A stretch of DNA of 58,320 nt, filler included, from Sphacelaria rigidula (taxonomy: Eukaryota), in NCBI GenBank assembly GCA_964200075.2. It is 6 parts of 6 records of this genome, joined end to end, with 100 filler letters (N's around TTAATTAATTAA, not from the genome) between each part and the next. Parts side by side here need not be neighbours in the genome. Positions count along the whole stretch, not along the records: positions 9,739 to 19,375 come from CAXNAA020008058.1; positions 19,476 to 29,112 come from CAXNAA020008059.1; 4 more parts are not named here. One strand, 5' to 3'. The translations under genes were made by a program, and so were the position numbers. Positions 12,560-24,169 of this stretch are shown here, one piece after another. Numbering within the stretch: the stretch's first letter is position 1; the number at the start of each line of letters is the position of its first letter. A model generated the notes under the pieces. The model worked only from the letters and a program-made list of their open reading frames with translations, was not told where the DNA came from and made no database searches.

Positions 12560-12772
12560 TCTCACATCGGAGGCATGCCACGGTAAGGGTGCGCAAAATA
12601 TTTATCAGATTTGAATAATTGGGAGCTCTTTATTTCATCCAAAAAACGATCCATGAACTATGTGAGACCACGCCACGATTAGCATTTCAATGGCCTAGGA
12701 ATACGTCGAATGAACTTGAAGACGAGTATACCCAGGCCCATAGCCCTGTGTGGTTCCTAACTCTAGGAGCCC
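12560..12772 (+). repeat. Diverged ~210-bp repeat R5, inverted copy at 18365-18578
   Basis: Shared blocks ATGAACTATGTGAG, TTCAATGG.CTAGG, AAATATTT.TCAG. Confidence 0.65.
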
Positions 12773-13294
12773 CTCAACGACAAACATCCGGGTCCAAAAT
12801 GTGTTGTCCGTACCGGCATGACTCATCGATGACAACTTACAGCAGTAAAACGCTGCACAATGGTAGAGCACAGTGCAGCACCGCGCCGCTCCGCACCATA
12901 CACTTCAGTATGGCCCTAAATTTATATGTCAATCTATATTGGTACATGTCACCGACGGATGTGACTTCCGGCACGATGTCAAGGCAACACCGACGTGTTC
13001 GGGGGGAAATGTGTGTGTGCGAGGGGGGTGATATCCAACGACGCCAGTGAAACTGCAGTACAGTATATCATTTCTGTCTGCGGAGAGATGTGACAACGGA
13101 ATGAATGCACGGTGAAAGATTGGTACTCAGTATCTGCCCGCGACTTGTGCTTCCGACCACGCCGCTGCCAACCGTGGGTGGAGAGGGTACAGTACGCAGG
13201 ATCGACAAAAAGTACGTTTTCTGGTGTTCTGGCAACTCTTGTGACGTAGTTTCAGACGGAAACCGAAGCGCACTAGTCTTTTTTGTCTGACTAC

Positions 13295-13330
<36 letters not shown>

Positions 13331-13943
13331 TCCCTCTGTCCCATAAACTAGGGGATCTTTGTGTGTAAAAGCCCTTAACCGTGTCCGATTCTTGTTCCGA
13401 GTTTTTCGGCGTTTTTCCAGCGTTTGTTTCGAGTGAAACCCCCCTCTTGTTTTCCCTACACACGACAATTTCCACTGTGCAGCCGAACGGTCGAAACTGT
13501 TGTGTCGGCCCGAAAGCGGCTCGTATTTCGCCGCCATCACGGAATTGAAAAAGAAACAAAAAGTTCGGCGTCCTCGTCATAATGGGGGCTTGATGCTCGA
13601 TAAACCCAAGCCGTTTTGAAGGACTCCTCATCGCATTATACCACCCTTTCCAACGTCTCCACCCTCTGCCGTTGTCCTTACCCCGGTATGCCCAAAAGCA
13701 AAATCTAGGAAAAAACTCCAAAGTGGGATATATTTTGAGCTACTTTTTTGTTTATTGTGGAAATGTATCCCGATTTTCGACATCTCTTCGTCGCGCCCCG
13801 TCGGTGTAATGGTCCGACTGTGGCCGTTAGGATGGAGAGAACGAGGGTTCGATTCCCGATGCGTTGGGTTTTTTCTTCATAACATCTGATTTCCACCATG
13901 GAAAGCGTGACAACGTGAGTGAACAAAACAGTCCACTGAGTTT

Positions 13944-14080
13944 GTTTGACGGGAGTTGACGCAGTGCGGGAGTGTTGGCCGAATCTGTGAGATTAAAATG
14001 CAAGGCGTGTACCGGGGGAGAGACGGGTTGATCCCCTAAGACCACAGACTTGTCCCGAGGAAGGGGAAGTTCAAGTGCGA
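13944..14080 (-). repeat. R2 copy
   Basis: ATGCAAGGCGTGTACCGGGGGAGAGACGGGTTGATCCCCTAAGACCACAGACTTGTCCCGAGGAAGG, reverse complement of the R2 core. Confidence 0.78.
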
Positions 14081-14385
14081 CAAAAACAAAACAAAAAAAG
14101 CAGCATCGCCTACATCATGTCTTTCTTATGAGCCCAATTATAGCATTGTCAGCACCTCCATCGGGGAGATATGATCTGCACCCCCTAGTTCACCTAACTC
14201 ATAGCACAGAGAAAGTATTACAATCATAAAAATACGATCATACATGTACAATGCCGCTGATAGTTCGCGCCCGGCTGGAGCGAGCAGTGCCACAATAGTC
14301 AAGTTCAGAGTATCGTCACTATCCTGTCGGTCCGATGCTTCCGTATACTGTAGTGAGTGCCAGGCGAGTGATATATTTGAAATAC

Positions 14386-14553
14386 CTCTTGTGCGAGTTT
14401 CAGCATAGCCGGCAGGAACTCCTTCATGGAGTCAGGACAAGACGGCAATAGCGGCCCCAACATGCTCACGCATGCCGCCCGGACACCGGGTGCTGGAGCC
14501 TCCAGCCCGATGGAGCAATAGTGCAGGTATAGGTCCGCCAGGGGACCGTTAAA
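14386..14553 (-). CDS. Uncharacterised helical (ARM/HEAT-like) protein, internal exon B
   Basis: ctggcacAG...GTattt; 56 stop-free codons FNGPLADLYLHYCSIGLEAPAPGVRAACVSMLGPLLPSCPDSMKEFLPAMLKLAQE (not in the ORF track). Confidence 0.72.
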
Positions 14554-15732
14554 CTGTGCCAGAATAGTTCGGACAACGGGGTATGCGCGGAAAGAGGGAA
14601 GGCTTTGACGAACTCAAGAGTAAGTTGGATAGGCGTGACTGCCAGTGAAGAGACAGTTAAGCCCAACATGATATTTCGGTAGTTTTTCTTTTTTGCATGG
14701 AAGTAATTGCGGTAGTTCATGCTCAGGTACAGACAGTATCAAGCATTTTTTGTGCTCTTTTGGTGACTTTTTACAACTGATGAATATATATATATATATA
14801 CATGCTTCTCAACAGAGTGGCCCCTGTGACACACAGGACAGCGTAAAAGATTATACTATCATGGCTAATGCATACATAGCACACGTACAAGATCTAACCC
14901 CCTAACTAATTAACTGTTATCGGACTTCATGTGCACAGCATTAGACAAAACACATTCCGGTGCTGTTTTTTGTCGCTTTGTTTTTTTTCTTCCACATCTT
15001 CTCGTTGTTTTTTACTACAAGTTGCGATGGATAAAAGCAGAGCTCGGCAACCTTTTGACGCCGGCGAGGCTGACAGCAATATATTTCCTACCCATCAGAC
15101 GGGAATGGGGGGGTAAACGTGCAGTTCCGAAGTCGTATAGCACGCAGGGAGGAAATATGAAAAATCACGGATAAAAAACAGGCACACAAACCAGAAGATA
15201 ATACTGCTGGAAAATTCTGATTTTTTGTCGCACCTCAACTCACTACTACTGCAAAGCGAACCGATTATCCGCATGGCATGGTTTTACACATCATGTTATA
15301 TGCATGGAAAGATCCCTGTTACCTTGGGGTCCCAGATCCGGCTGTACAGATATGCGAGTTTCGGGGCTCCCGGGAACTACCCCTGTAACAGCTGTTCACT
15401 AGGTTACACGTCATGAAAGGAAATCTCTCGGCACATGCCAATATGGCGATCTCCACATATATCCCGATAATCGCCGACCATCGCATATTAACTGATCCCC
15501 AAGGGGCCCAGCCTTAGTCACAAGATAAATGTACTCAAGGTAAGAAAACAAAATGCTTGCTAAAAAAAGTTGGAAAAAAAAATGTAAAAAGAACAAAACG
15601 AGCAACCTGCAATACATATATATGTACATGTATCATTTCACATTTTTCACCACTTTTGCCGAGTTTCCTCTATTGGCAAGGCATTGTGTCCGCGCTGTTT
15701 TTGCAGCGCACTGAGAAGGCTCAGCGGTGCGT

Positions 15733-15855
15733 TACCGTTCAGGTTTGGGTGTCATCTGATACCTGTAGCGCGTGCTCTGCCACCGAAGCGGTACACTACC
15801 GTTCAGGTTTGGGCGTCGTCTGATACCTGTGGCGCGTGCTCTGGCCACCGAAAGC
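15733..15855. repeat. Two-copy ~65-bp tandem repeat
   Basis: TACCGTTCAGGTTTGGG.GTC.TCTGATACCTGT.GCGCGTGCTCTG twice. Confidence 0.9.
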
Positions 15856-17051
15856 CGCTCAAACTGGCTTTCTTCCGCGGGGTGTCGATCCCGAACCACA
15901 AACACCTTTTCAAGATCATGGAAAACTTCAAACAAGCACCCGACCCACGTAAAAAGCCTGTTGAAGATCATGGAAATCTTCAAACAGCATTACTTTTGGC
16001 GGGGTATTATTCCCCCGTGTTTCTCGTTGTCGCGTTCTCGTTCATTTGAGAGCACGAACACACCGGTTATACCGCCAATGTCACAAAAACATGAGAGCAT
16101 AGCAGTTGAAAACAATTGATCATTGCCTTGGCCTTAGTCAGTAGCAAACACAAGACCGTGCAATGGGCCGTTGGCGAGTTGAACAAGGCACAGCAGCACG
16201 GCAGCACAGGAATGTTTGGCCGCAAAAACAATCGCCCTGTTTGAAGAAGAGGCCCGGTGATGTGCAAAGAACATGCCAAGAGTGCTCCACGCATTCCAAT
16301 TTTTCGTGAAGTGTCTCCCGTAGTCATGTCTTTGTGGCACGAGAGCTACTTCGCACTCTGGCACCTCGGAAATACCACACATGTCCTACGCCGGCGGTTC
16401 CGCCGTCGTCCTCCGTCCAGATTCCCATATTTCCGAACGACATCCGATGACACATGCGATGTTTTGTAAGGCCACGATCACTTCTGTACGTTGAGATACA
16501 GTAGAGTGAGCTTTTGTAGCCGATTATATGGCATCAGCATCATTTTCACTTGAAACTATTGGCGCGTGGCGCTGATTTGCAACCATTGTGGCCAGACGGT
16601 TACCGTTCCGAGGGGTTAGTCGTGGGATGCATAATCCGAAAGCACAACATAGCCAACATACCATACACTTGCATTCAGCGTATCAATCGAGAAAACACGA
16701 TTGGAAGGCATGGCATTAAATACGACAGGTAATCATAACGTGCTCAATGTACAGCGACGCATCAACGAGAGGAATATTTCGATGGTTGATGTGCTCAATT
16801 CCCTTCTTTTTTACTGTTTAGCTTAACAAAACGGGCCGTTGCTTATGATAGATCGTCAGTGCTTCATTCACTAACGGGAGCATATGAAAACGACATGTTC
16901 CTGAAAAAAGGTCACTTTCAATCAGAAGCTGGACTCTCAATCTGACGTAAACCTCGTTATGAGTAGGAATAGCATTAATGATGGTGCCAAGAGCAGAAGA
17001 CAGGGTAACACTAAGTTCTGAAATGCAAAACGTAATCGTGCTTCATGACAA

Positions 17052-17086
<35 letters not shown>

Positions 17087-17168
17087 ACAACAACAACAAC
17101 AACAAGAATGATTGCACGAAATACAAGGGTAAAGCAGCTGCCCCTTTCAATAATGCTTTAGTTCGTAC

Positions 17169-17252
17169 CTCATCTTCGAGATGAGCCAGGTTAGCGAGTG
17201 AGCACAGGAACGAATCTGAGTCCGGCAACGTCTCCTGGAGCCGCTTGATCGC
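17169..17252 (-). CDS. Uncharacterised helical (ARM/HEAT-like) protein, internal exon A
   Basis: ttttttgtccAG...GTacga; 28 codons AIKRLQETLPDSDSFLCSLANLAHLEDE; phase 0/0; joins the next exon in frame. Confidence 0.7.
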
Positions 17253-17795
17253 CTGGACAAAAAACACACACACAAACACACACACACACACGCTAAGCCG
17301 GACTAAGTGCGAAAGAGGAAACCAAAGGACACCGCTCAGGAAGCGTCTGACATACAATGTACACCCCAGGCCACTTCCATTTGTCCAAACACCCAAAGCA
17401 ACATAGAAGTATTAATTACAACATATTGACAACAAAATACCCCCGAATAAAATGCAAGAGAAGCTAAATAACCTTGCAACGAACGTACGTACATACATAC
17501 TATACGATAAGACGAACATTAACAAGAACACGCGAAACAACAGAGAAGTATCACGAGAAGCACAACGAGTGCATGGTCTGCAAGGGCCGGACGAATAATA
17601 ACACGTCTGAACATTACTTGTTTTCGGTGTAATTGATTCGTACGGAACAAATCAATCCTCGGGCCTTGTTTTCAGGGTTGTACCCCAGGTATGCAACCCA
17701 GGCACGTGGAATAGCGCAAAATTTGTCGAGAAACGTATTTGGCCGGCGAGTAATGCAACGGTAGGGGTGCACTTTTTGGGCCAAAACTTGCAGTA

Positions 17796-18345
17796 GACCT
17801 ATTGCTTTGGGCGTATACCTGTGGTTGACGGCATGACTACTTGATTCTAGACGACACCACTACGATAGCCCCCTCCCTCAATGTGCCTGGTTTGGGGAGG
17901 CAAAATGTTCACGTAAATCGAAATGGAAAGGGCCGAGCACAACGAGCAGCTGGGAATTCCCACGCCTGGGTTCGTTCTCGCCAATGTCGCCTATATGAGG
18001 TGCTTCATACAGCCTGAACCCAAACATCAGGCGGTGTATGACCATTTTTTTCGTGACACTTTCGGGCTGGTTTTGGGGAGGGCTATCGTAGAAAGTGTCA
18101 GACTGGAGAAAGTTCTGAGAAAATTCATGGTTTGGGGCGGGTGAGCAGTGGACCTAGCTCGCCCAGAACGTGCTCTTGTTGAAATTTCAGGTCTGCCAAT
18201 GCACACTTTGCGGAGGGGAATCTATGCACCCCCCTTGTCCGAGGATTTCGTACGCCGTAGGTCGGGGTTAGAGTCAGGGTTAGTGCTATTATGAGCATGT
18301 TCGAAAAAATCAACAATAGATTTACGCCCACAGCGACAGGTCGCC
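17796..18345 (+). mobile_element. MITE R4 carrying a nested insertion
   Basis: ~33-bp TIRs GACCTATTGCTTTGGGCGTATACCTGTGGTTGA / TCAACAATAGATTTACGCCCACAGCGACAGGTC. Confidence 0.75.
17853..18099. mobile_element. 247-bp MITE with 4-bp AGAC target-site duplication
   Basis: TIRs GACACCACTACGATAGCCCCCTCCC / GGGAGGGCTATCGTAGAAAGTGTC; AGAC on both sides; single AGAC at the homologous empty site near 6546. Confidence 0.85.
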
Positions 18346-19265
18346 TCAAAAACTGTCTGGTTCAGAGGCTCCGACCGATTCTAGATGCACAAGGATATGG
18401 GTCAGGGCATCCCCGTTTGCAATTTCATTCGGGTCATCCCTAGCCCATTGGAATAGTAATCCTGGCGTACGCTCACATAGTTCATAAGTCGTGCTTAGGA
18501 TGAGATGAAGGGCTCCTAACAATTCTAACCTGAGAAAATATTTGTGCACACCTACCGTAGCATCACTCCCGCGATCGATGTTTTTCTCTTTTGTGCCGGG
18601 CAATCAGGTCTCAGATATCGTAGATTTTATGATTCGAATCAGCGCCGCTTCGTCTGGCCCTTGCAATATTGCACACCCTGGAAAATGACACTGCGTACGT
18701 TATGAAATGTATTGTCTATTGCAATAGACGCAATGGTCGATACTGTACGCAGTACGCGTTTTGACACCATTATATATTGTCATTATCTAGCGCGTGCAAT
18801 ATTGCAGCAAACATTACTAAAACAGACGGCTTCTTCCCTTCGGAAACGAAGGCGTTATCCACCTGTTTTGGAAAAAAAAAATTAGGAAACAAATTGATTT
18901 CCATGTGTGACACACATCATGCGCACAGTGCTTTCATGAGGTCATCTAAAGTCAAAACCCACCCGTCGATGAGGTTGAGAGCTGCACTTCCGGAGTGGCA
19001 ACCTTTCATGATATGCTTCAGGATAAAAGTTAGGCCCTGTCTTGTCGAGACAAAAAATAAGAAATGAGATTGTGACAGCACGAGGATGATTATGACGAAC
19101 ATCTCACATGTGGCTACCATTTTTTACGTTCCCTTTCGCATTTCCCACTGTTCGGCATGTTCCCCCGTGCTCGACAAAATGAATCAAAAGTTTGAATTTC
19201 ATTTTATGTGAAAACGGAGGAACAACCCGATGAGGCTGCGAAATGGAACTTAAAATGGTTGCCAC

Positions 19266-19375
19266 GCCGGTCGCCCTGGTTGCTCAGTAAGTAACCTCGT
19301 AACCTTCTGACGGTTGAGTAGTGGAGTTCAATTCCTGGAGCGATCTAGGACTTTTTCTCACAACATGCCCAACAG
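19266..19375 (+). mobile_element. tRNA-derived SINE head, cut by contig end
   Basis: GCCGGTCGCCCTGGTTGCTCAG...GAGTTCAATTCC...CGATCTAGGA...GCCCAACAG. Confidence 0.75.
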
Positions 19376-19475
19376 NNNNNNNNNNNNNNNNNNNNNNNNN
19401 NNNNNNNNNNNNNNNNNNNTTAATTAATTAANNNNNNNNNNNNNNNNNNNNNNNNNNNNNNNNNNNNNNNNNNNN
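19376..19475. other. Artificial contig spacer
   Basis: Same 100-nt linker. Confidence 0.97.
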
Positions 19476-19532
19476 AAAGGGATGCGTGGTCAATGGTCAA
19501 ACGACTAATGCAAGCAACAAATGAGTACGCCC
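19476..19532 (+). repeat. Isolated copy of the RTE-like LINE 3' tail
   Basis: AAAGGGATGCGTGGTCAATGGTCAAACGACTAATGCAAGCAACAAATGAGTAC closely matches the reverse complement of 39491-39545. Confidence 0.75.
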
Positions 19533-20343
19533 CTCCCCCCTCCACTCCTCCACTCCTCGGAGGGGCCTCGAGTGTGAAGAAAACCCCGAAATGGACGACA
19601 GACACCCTCATCTCCCTCTTATTCCACCATTGTACCCCATTGCACAACGCCTCCAACGTCCAGGGATCATCTGTGCGCGAGAAGCTCAAAACCAAGAAGT
19701 TTTTGCGGCTCCGTTATCTCTGGGGCCGGCGGCCGTGGGTTTTGGGCCCGCTGGATTTTAACTAACGAGACACGCGGTGGTTCAAGGAATGCACCCGATG
19801 CTGTAGCTTTGAGGAAGAGACGACAAGAGCACAGCGGCGCTCGCTGCGCTCCGGATAGTATTTCCCCGAAGTGCTGCAACAAGGCTTATGACATGGTCTT
19901 ATCACCTACTGTGCGACCACGCCAGAAATAGATCTTGACCCGAGGTGCGATACTGTAGGTACTCCTCAACGTACTCCACCCTACAGTACCGTATTGTCTT
20001 CGCTGTATATTCCGTCCAGTCCTGTCCCGTAGACACGTACAATGGGGGTCCCAGCATCTCGATGCGGTGGATTGGAAATCTTATATGACCGCACTGTAAT
20101 GGGACCTCGCACTGTAGTGGGACCCCCTTAAAGAGGAGGGTGCCGTCCTCCCCCCTCATTAGGCCTCGCCCAGAATGAGTTTTTTTTCCAAATCAAGGGG
20201 GGGGGGGGTAATAGCCTGCAGTTGGCAGGGTCCCTTGCGAGCAGTCATGTACAACGGGAGGACAGATGGCTTGATCCCTATAAACTACGAACAATAATAG
20301 TCCTGAGAAGGAACAGGGGGGTGTTGACGAGAGTATGTTTTTG

Positions 20344-20576
20344 TTGTCATCCCATCTATTCTGGACGCCACTTTACACCTTCCGATTAATGTGAGCGCAT
20401 CAGTCGAGGACACACAGTAGGAAGGCCAACACAGGAATTTGTTTTTTTTTGCCGTAGGAAAAAAAAAACTCCTGTGTTGGCATTTCTCCTGTGTGACCCC
20501 GCGGCTGATGCGCCCACATATACCGAATGGTGTATAGTGGCCTCCAGAATAGATGGGATGACAATACACACACACG
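20344..20576. repeat. Inverted pair of SINE 3' tails (hairpin)
   Basis: Perfect 22-bp outer inverted repeat TTGTCATCCCATCTATTCTGGA (20344-20365 / 20543-20564); both ~105-bp arms match the SINE tail. Confidence 0.75.
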
Positions 20577-21279
20577 ACATTGCCAAACGGATCCGTAGTG
20601 ACGTAGAATTCACTTATCTCCTTTCTCTCTCCCCTCAACCTTCCCCCCGCTGATTCTAAGCCTCAACACGTCGCCAGCTTCCAACTCGTCCAGAGGTGAC
20701 CAAGTTAGGTCAGGGATGCCGGTACGACTCAGCATTTCAGATACCCTGAAATACTCTGAATTTTCGGCAGTTGATAGCGCAGTAACCCTGAGGTGCTGAT
20801 ACTGCAGATACAATGCAACTGCAGCATACCCTAGCGACTTTATTTTTCGCGCACTTCCAACACCTCCCCTTCCTCAGGAAGAGTGCGTGGTCTCCAAGGT
20901 TCAATCAGCCCATCACTTCCCGGGTACACGCCTTGCAATTTGGTATCGCGCATTGGAACATGACCATCAATCAGCACTCCCACACCGTGTCGACTCTCGT
21001 CGAACAGGCTTATTTTGCTATAACACTCACGTTTTCACGTCATCAAGCACATAAATCAAATACATAATTTTCGAAAAAATCCAAGTGCATCCGCCGGCTG
21101 CCGGGAATCGTGCCCACAGTTTCCCTACCTAACGGTGCAAGTTTGTAGCATGAGACCATCGAGGCGCCGTGGCATGCACAACTCGTGCTGCAAGCGCAAC
21201 GAAAATGCAGAGTACCTCGGGCTACGACACCCGGCGGGAATGATGTTTGCACCCCTCTCTCTCTCTTTCTGTCCCTCAC

Positions 21280-21478
21280 CTTGAAAACATCGCCTCCTTC
21301 TGAGGCAATTATCCGCACCATCTGCCCGAAGTACGAGTTGAGGTGCTTGGCCAACCCCTCCACCCCTTCCCCCCCGTTACCCATCATCGCCTCCGAGAGA
21401 GCCGTGAAACCCGACACATCCGCGAAGAGGCACACAGTGTCATACTCTTGACGACTTGGGAGCTCCTCGTTCGTTGTT
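21280..21478 (-). CDS. Class III nucleotide cyclase, soluble adenylyl cyclase (ADCY10)-like, internal exon of the first catalytic domain
   Basis: ctgctgcAG...GTgagg; TTNEELPSRQEYDTVCLFADVSGFTALSEAMMGNGGEGVEGLAKHLNSYFGQMVRIIASEGGDVFK, containing the FADxSGFT motif and GxExL..LNxYF..MV..I..GGDxxK typical of the sAC C1 domain. Confidence 0.9.
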
Positions 21479-22980
21479 CTGCAGCAGCGAAAATCCCCGC
21501 GGTGTGTTTTTTCGGTTCGGAAAACGCAACACAAGTAGGGAGATAATTCAAGCCAGTCAGACAAACACGCCATGAAGTTTTTGACTTTGCGCCGTATCAT
21601 CGTAGATGTTGCACACACTAGGCAGCCCCCAAAAGGCAACCAAGTACATCATAAATACGCTATTAATAGGTTACCGCGAATGCCATCCCAAAGGGTAATG
21701 GGTCTTTCGGACGTCAACATTCCATCACTCACGAGTAGTGCATAGGGGGTGTTATACAACGTAGCATTGGTGATGTACACCATACGCTACGGTACGACTA
21801 CTGTCGCCTGCGTTACACTGGGATACGTGCCATATGTATTGACACGGAGTATAACATCCGGGTCGAGGCGAGAAGACAACCCAATACAATATATTTTCGA
21901 TAGACGAGACCCCGCGCTATTGCATATGGTCCCGTTTACACCGAAACATCTTGGGCGATATATTTGGCATGACGTAACCCACGGAAGCGTGGGCGCGGCA
22001 GTTGACGAGAAAATGGAGCTTCTGTATGATACTTCATCATGTAATACGATTGTAGTACCCTGCGGTACTGAACCTTGTGCAACTTCAGTAACCGTTTGGA
22101 TGTCGGCCTTACGTCCGACGATGTCACAGAGCATGACACCGGTAAAAACAACACATGTCAAGTCTGCGAGAAAACGAAGGTCACATAGCAGGCGACCTAA
22201 CTTTTAGTAAGGAGTAACCAAGTATTTCGGGTTCAGCTCATCGCAACAGGACACCCTGAAAGCATGAGCATTTCGGTGGGTGCAATGAGCTCAGTACCGT
22301 TGGTCATCATCCAGTGTATCTATGAAACGGGTCGGTACGGAAATCCGAAAATCCAACGTCGATTTTCCCGTGAACTACTACCGCGGCCACGCCACCCAAA
22401 GCCGTGTTATTGAATCGTTGATCGGTGGAATGTTTGATAGATCATCGCACACTATCTGATCTGCTGCGAATCCAGCTGTGATCGAAGGGTAGGCATATGC
22501 CCAAAAGGTGAATGAACAGGTCAACCTGCAGATCCAATAGGAAAACTCCGAAAGGACGGGACGGAAAAAAAAATAAGTTGGAGTACCAAAACAAAACGGG
22601 TAAGGTCAATCGAGCTTAAAGAAGAAAAAAGAAAGGAAAGACAAAAAAAATAACAAAACAATCAGAGACAAGAAAATGTACCGCACTATTGCACTGTACC
22701 AGTGGTTGCACAGGGTACAGTTCGATGGATACATGCAAAGTATCATGTGTGTGTGTTATCCCCTCATCATGAAAAAACGCCATCAACACAGGTGAACAGA
22801 CAAGCGAGACAAAAAAAGGAAGAGTCTTGTACGGGAGCGGGAGCCCAGGACGCCAAAAAACGGTCGTTTTTTCAAGGATCTCGTCCTTGATATCAATGTT
22901 GCTAACCCTACGCCGAAACCAACCTAATCCGAACCCTACATATATTTATGTACACATATCTACAGAATGTGTACGTCAAC

Positions 22981-23083
<103 letters not shown>

Positions 23084-24169
23084 ATCCGTCACATTAGCTC
23101 GATCTCTCGAACCCGTGTCACAGAGTGCAAAGAGCATACCATCCATACCCATAACCCAAACAGCCCGCAGAAGAAGGCAAGAAACGTGACATTTACACGA
23201 CAAAAGGGCACCTACACTACGAAAGATCCGTATGAGACCGATTGAACTACAGGAGACCTATTTGTACTGGAATCTAAGAAGTCACCGCGTGTGACCTCTC
23301 CGACTACTTTACCACGTACTGGTGTATACACAGGGTAGTAACAGCGAGTGAGCCGATAATCNNNNNNNNNNAATAGATCTACTGTCTGGAGTGTTTTTCA
23401 AAGAGATGTTCTACAGAGTCTACGCACCGGAGACTGAGCAACGCTAGATAGGAAGATAAAAAAAAGACAATGACAAAGAAAGGACAACCTGATGGTAATG
23501 AGGAGGGACAGTAAGGAACTATGACCTCCGTCGGGTTCTGGGCAAGTAGCACCGTGATTACAACAGCAATACTTGGACACGAATACTAGTGTACACTCAT
23601 CTTCCCGCCACAAAGCTACCGACAGGAAGAACGGACTACAGTACAAAGGTAAAAACGCCCGAGACGTGAGCGCGTGGGGGACATAATGGCGATACTAATC
23701 TCGAGAATGAGCTCACACTGCAGTGTTATTCCTTTTCGATAATACGTAGGCGGTGTTTTTGCAGGTTAGATGCCGATAAAACCCGCACCTCGCTTGTAAT
23801 GACGCCGAAACTTGGAGGATATGTTGATTGGTACTACAGCAAGGCGTCGGAGCTGCAGCCGTGGCTGCACAAGGTGCTGCGGGCCCGATCTGATTGAAAC
23901 GGTGGATACTATCCTATTCAGGTTCTTTGTTTTTTCATCACCTCCTGTCTGATGACGAATACAGTAAGTACAATTTCGGCCAGGCTCGTGGACTGCACGG
24001 GTCCTTCAAGGCGTCGTCGTCAGTCTTCGCCCGGTTAGGGATGAACGCTCGCAGAAAACCAGAAAATAAATAGCATCTAGGCCCCACCATATATGTGATG
24101 GTATAGGCTGAACGTTTGCCGGTCAGAAAAGCTCGATACGTCAACGTTAAGCTATGTCACGCGACCGCT

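Noticed and set aside
15733..15990. Repeat-spacer pattern resembling a CRISPR array
   Set aside because: Only two copies per unit, eukaryotic intron context and no cas genes; these are ordinary tandem duplications.
240..21478. Apparent single minus-strand gene fusing cyclase, HEAT-like and TPS exons
   Set aside because: The exon sets lie on three different contigs separated by artificial spacers; the shared strand is coincidental.
21787..22161. ORF containing QGSVPQG, like reverse transcriptase motif B
   Set aside because: No YADD-type motif or other RT motifs at the expected spacing.
23765..23897. Possible plus-strand terminal exon (LDADKTRTSLVMTPKLGGYVDWYYSKASELQPWLHKVLRARSD*)
   Set aside because: Good acceptor, but no recognisable homology or partner exon; cannot be supported without transcripts.
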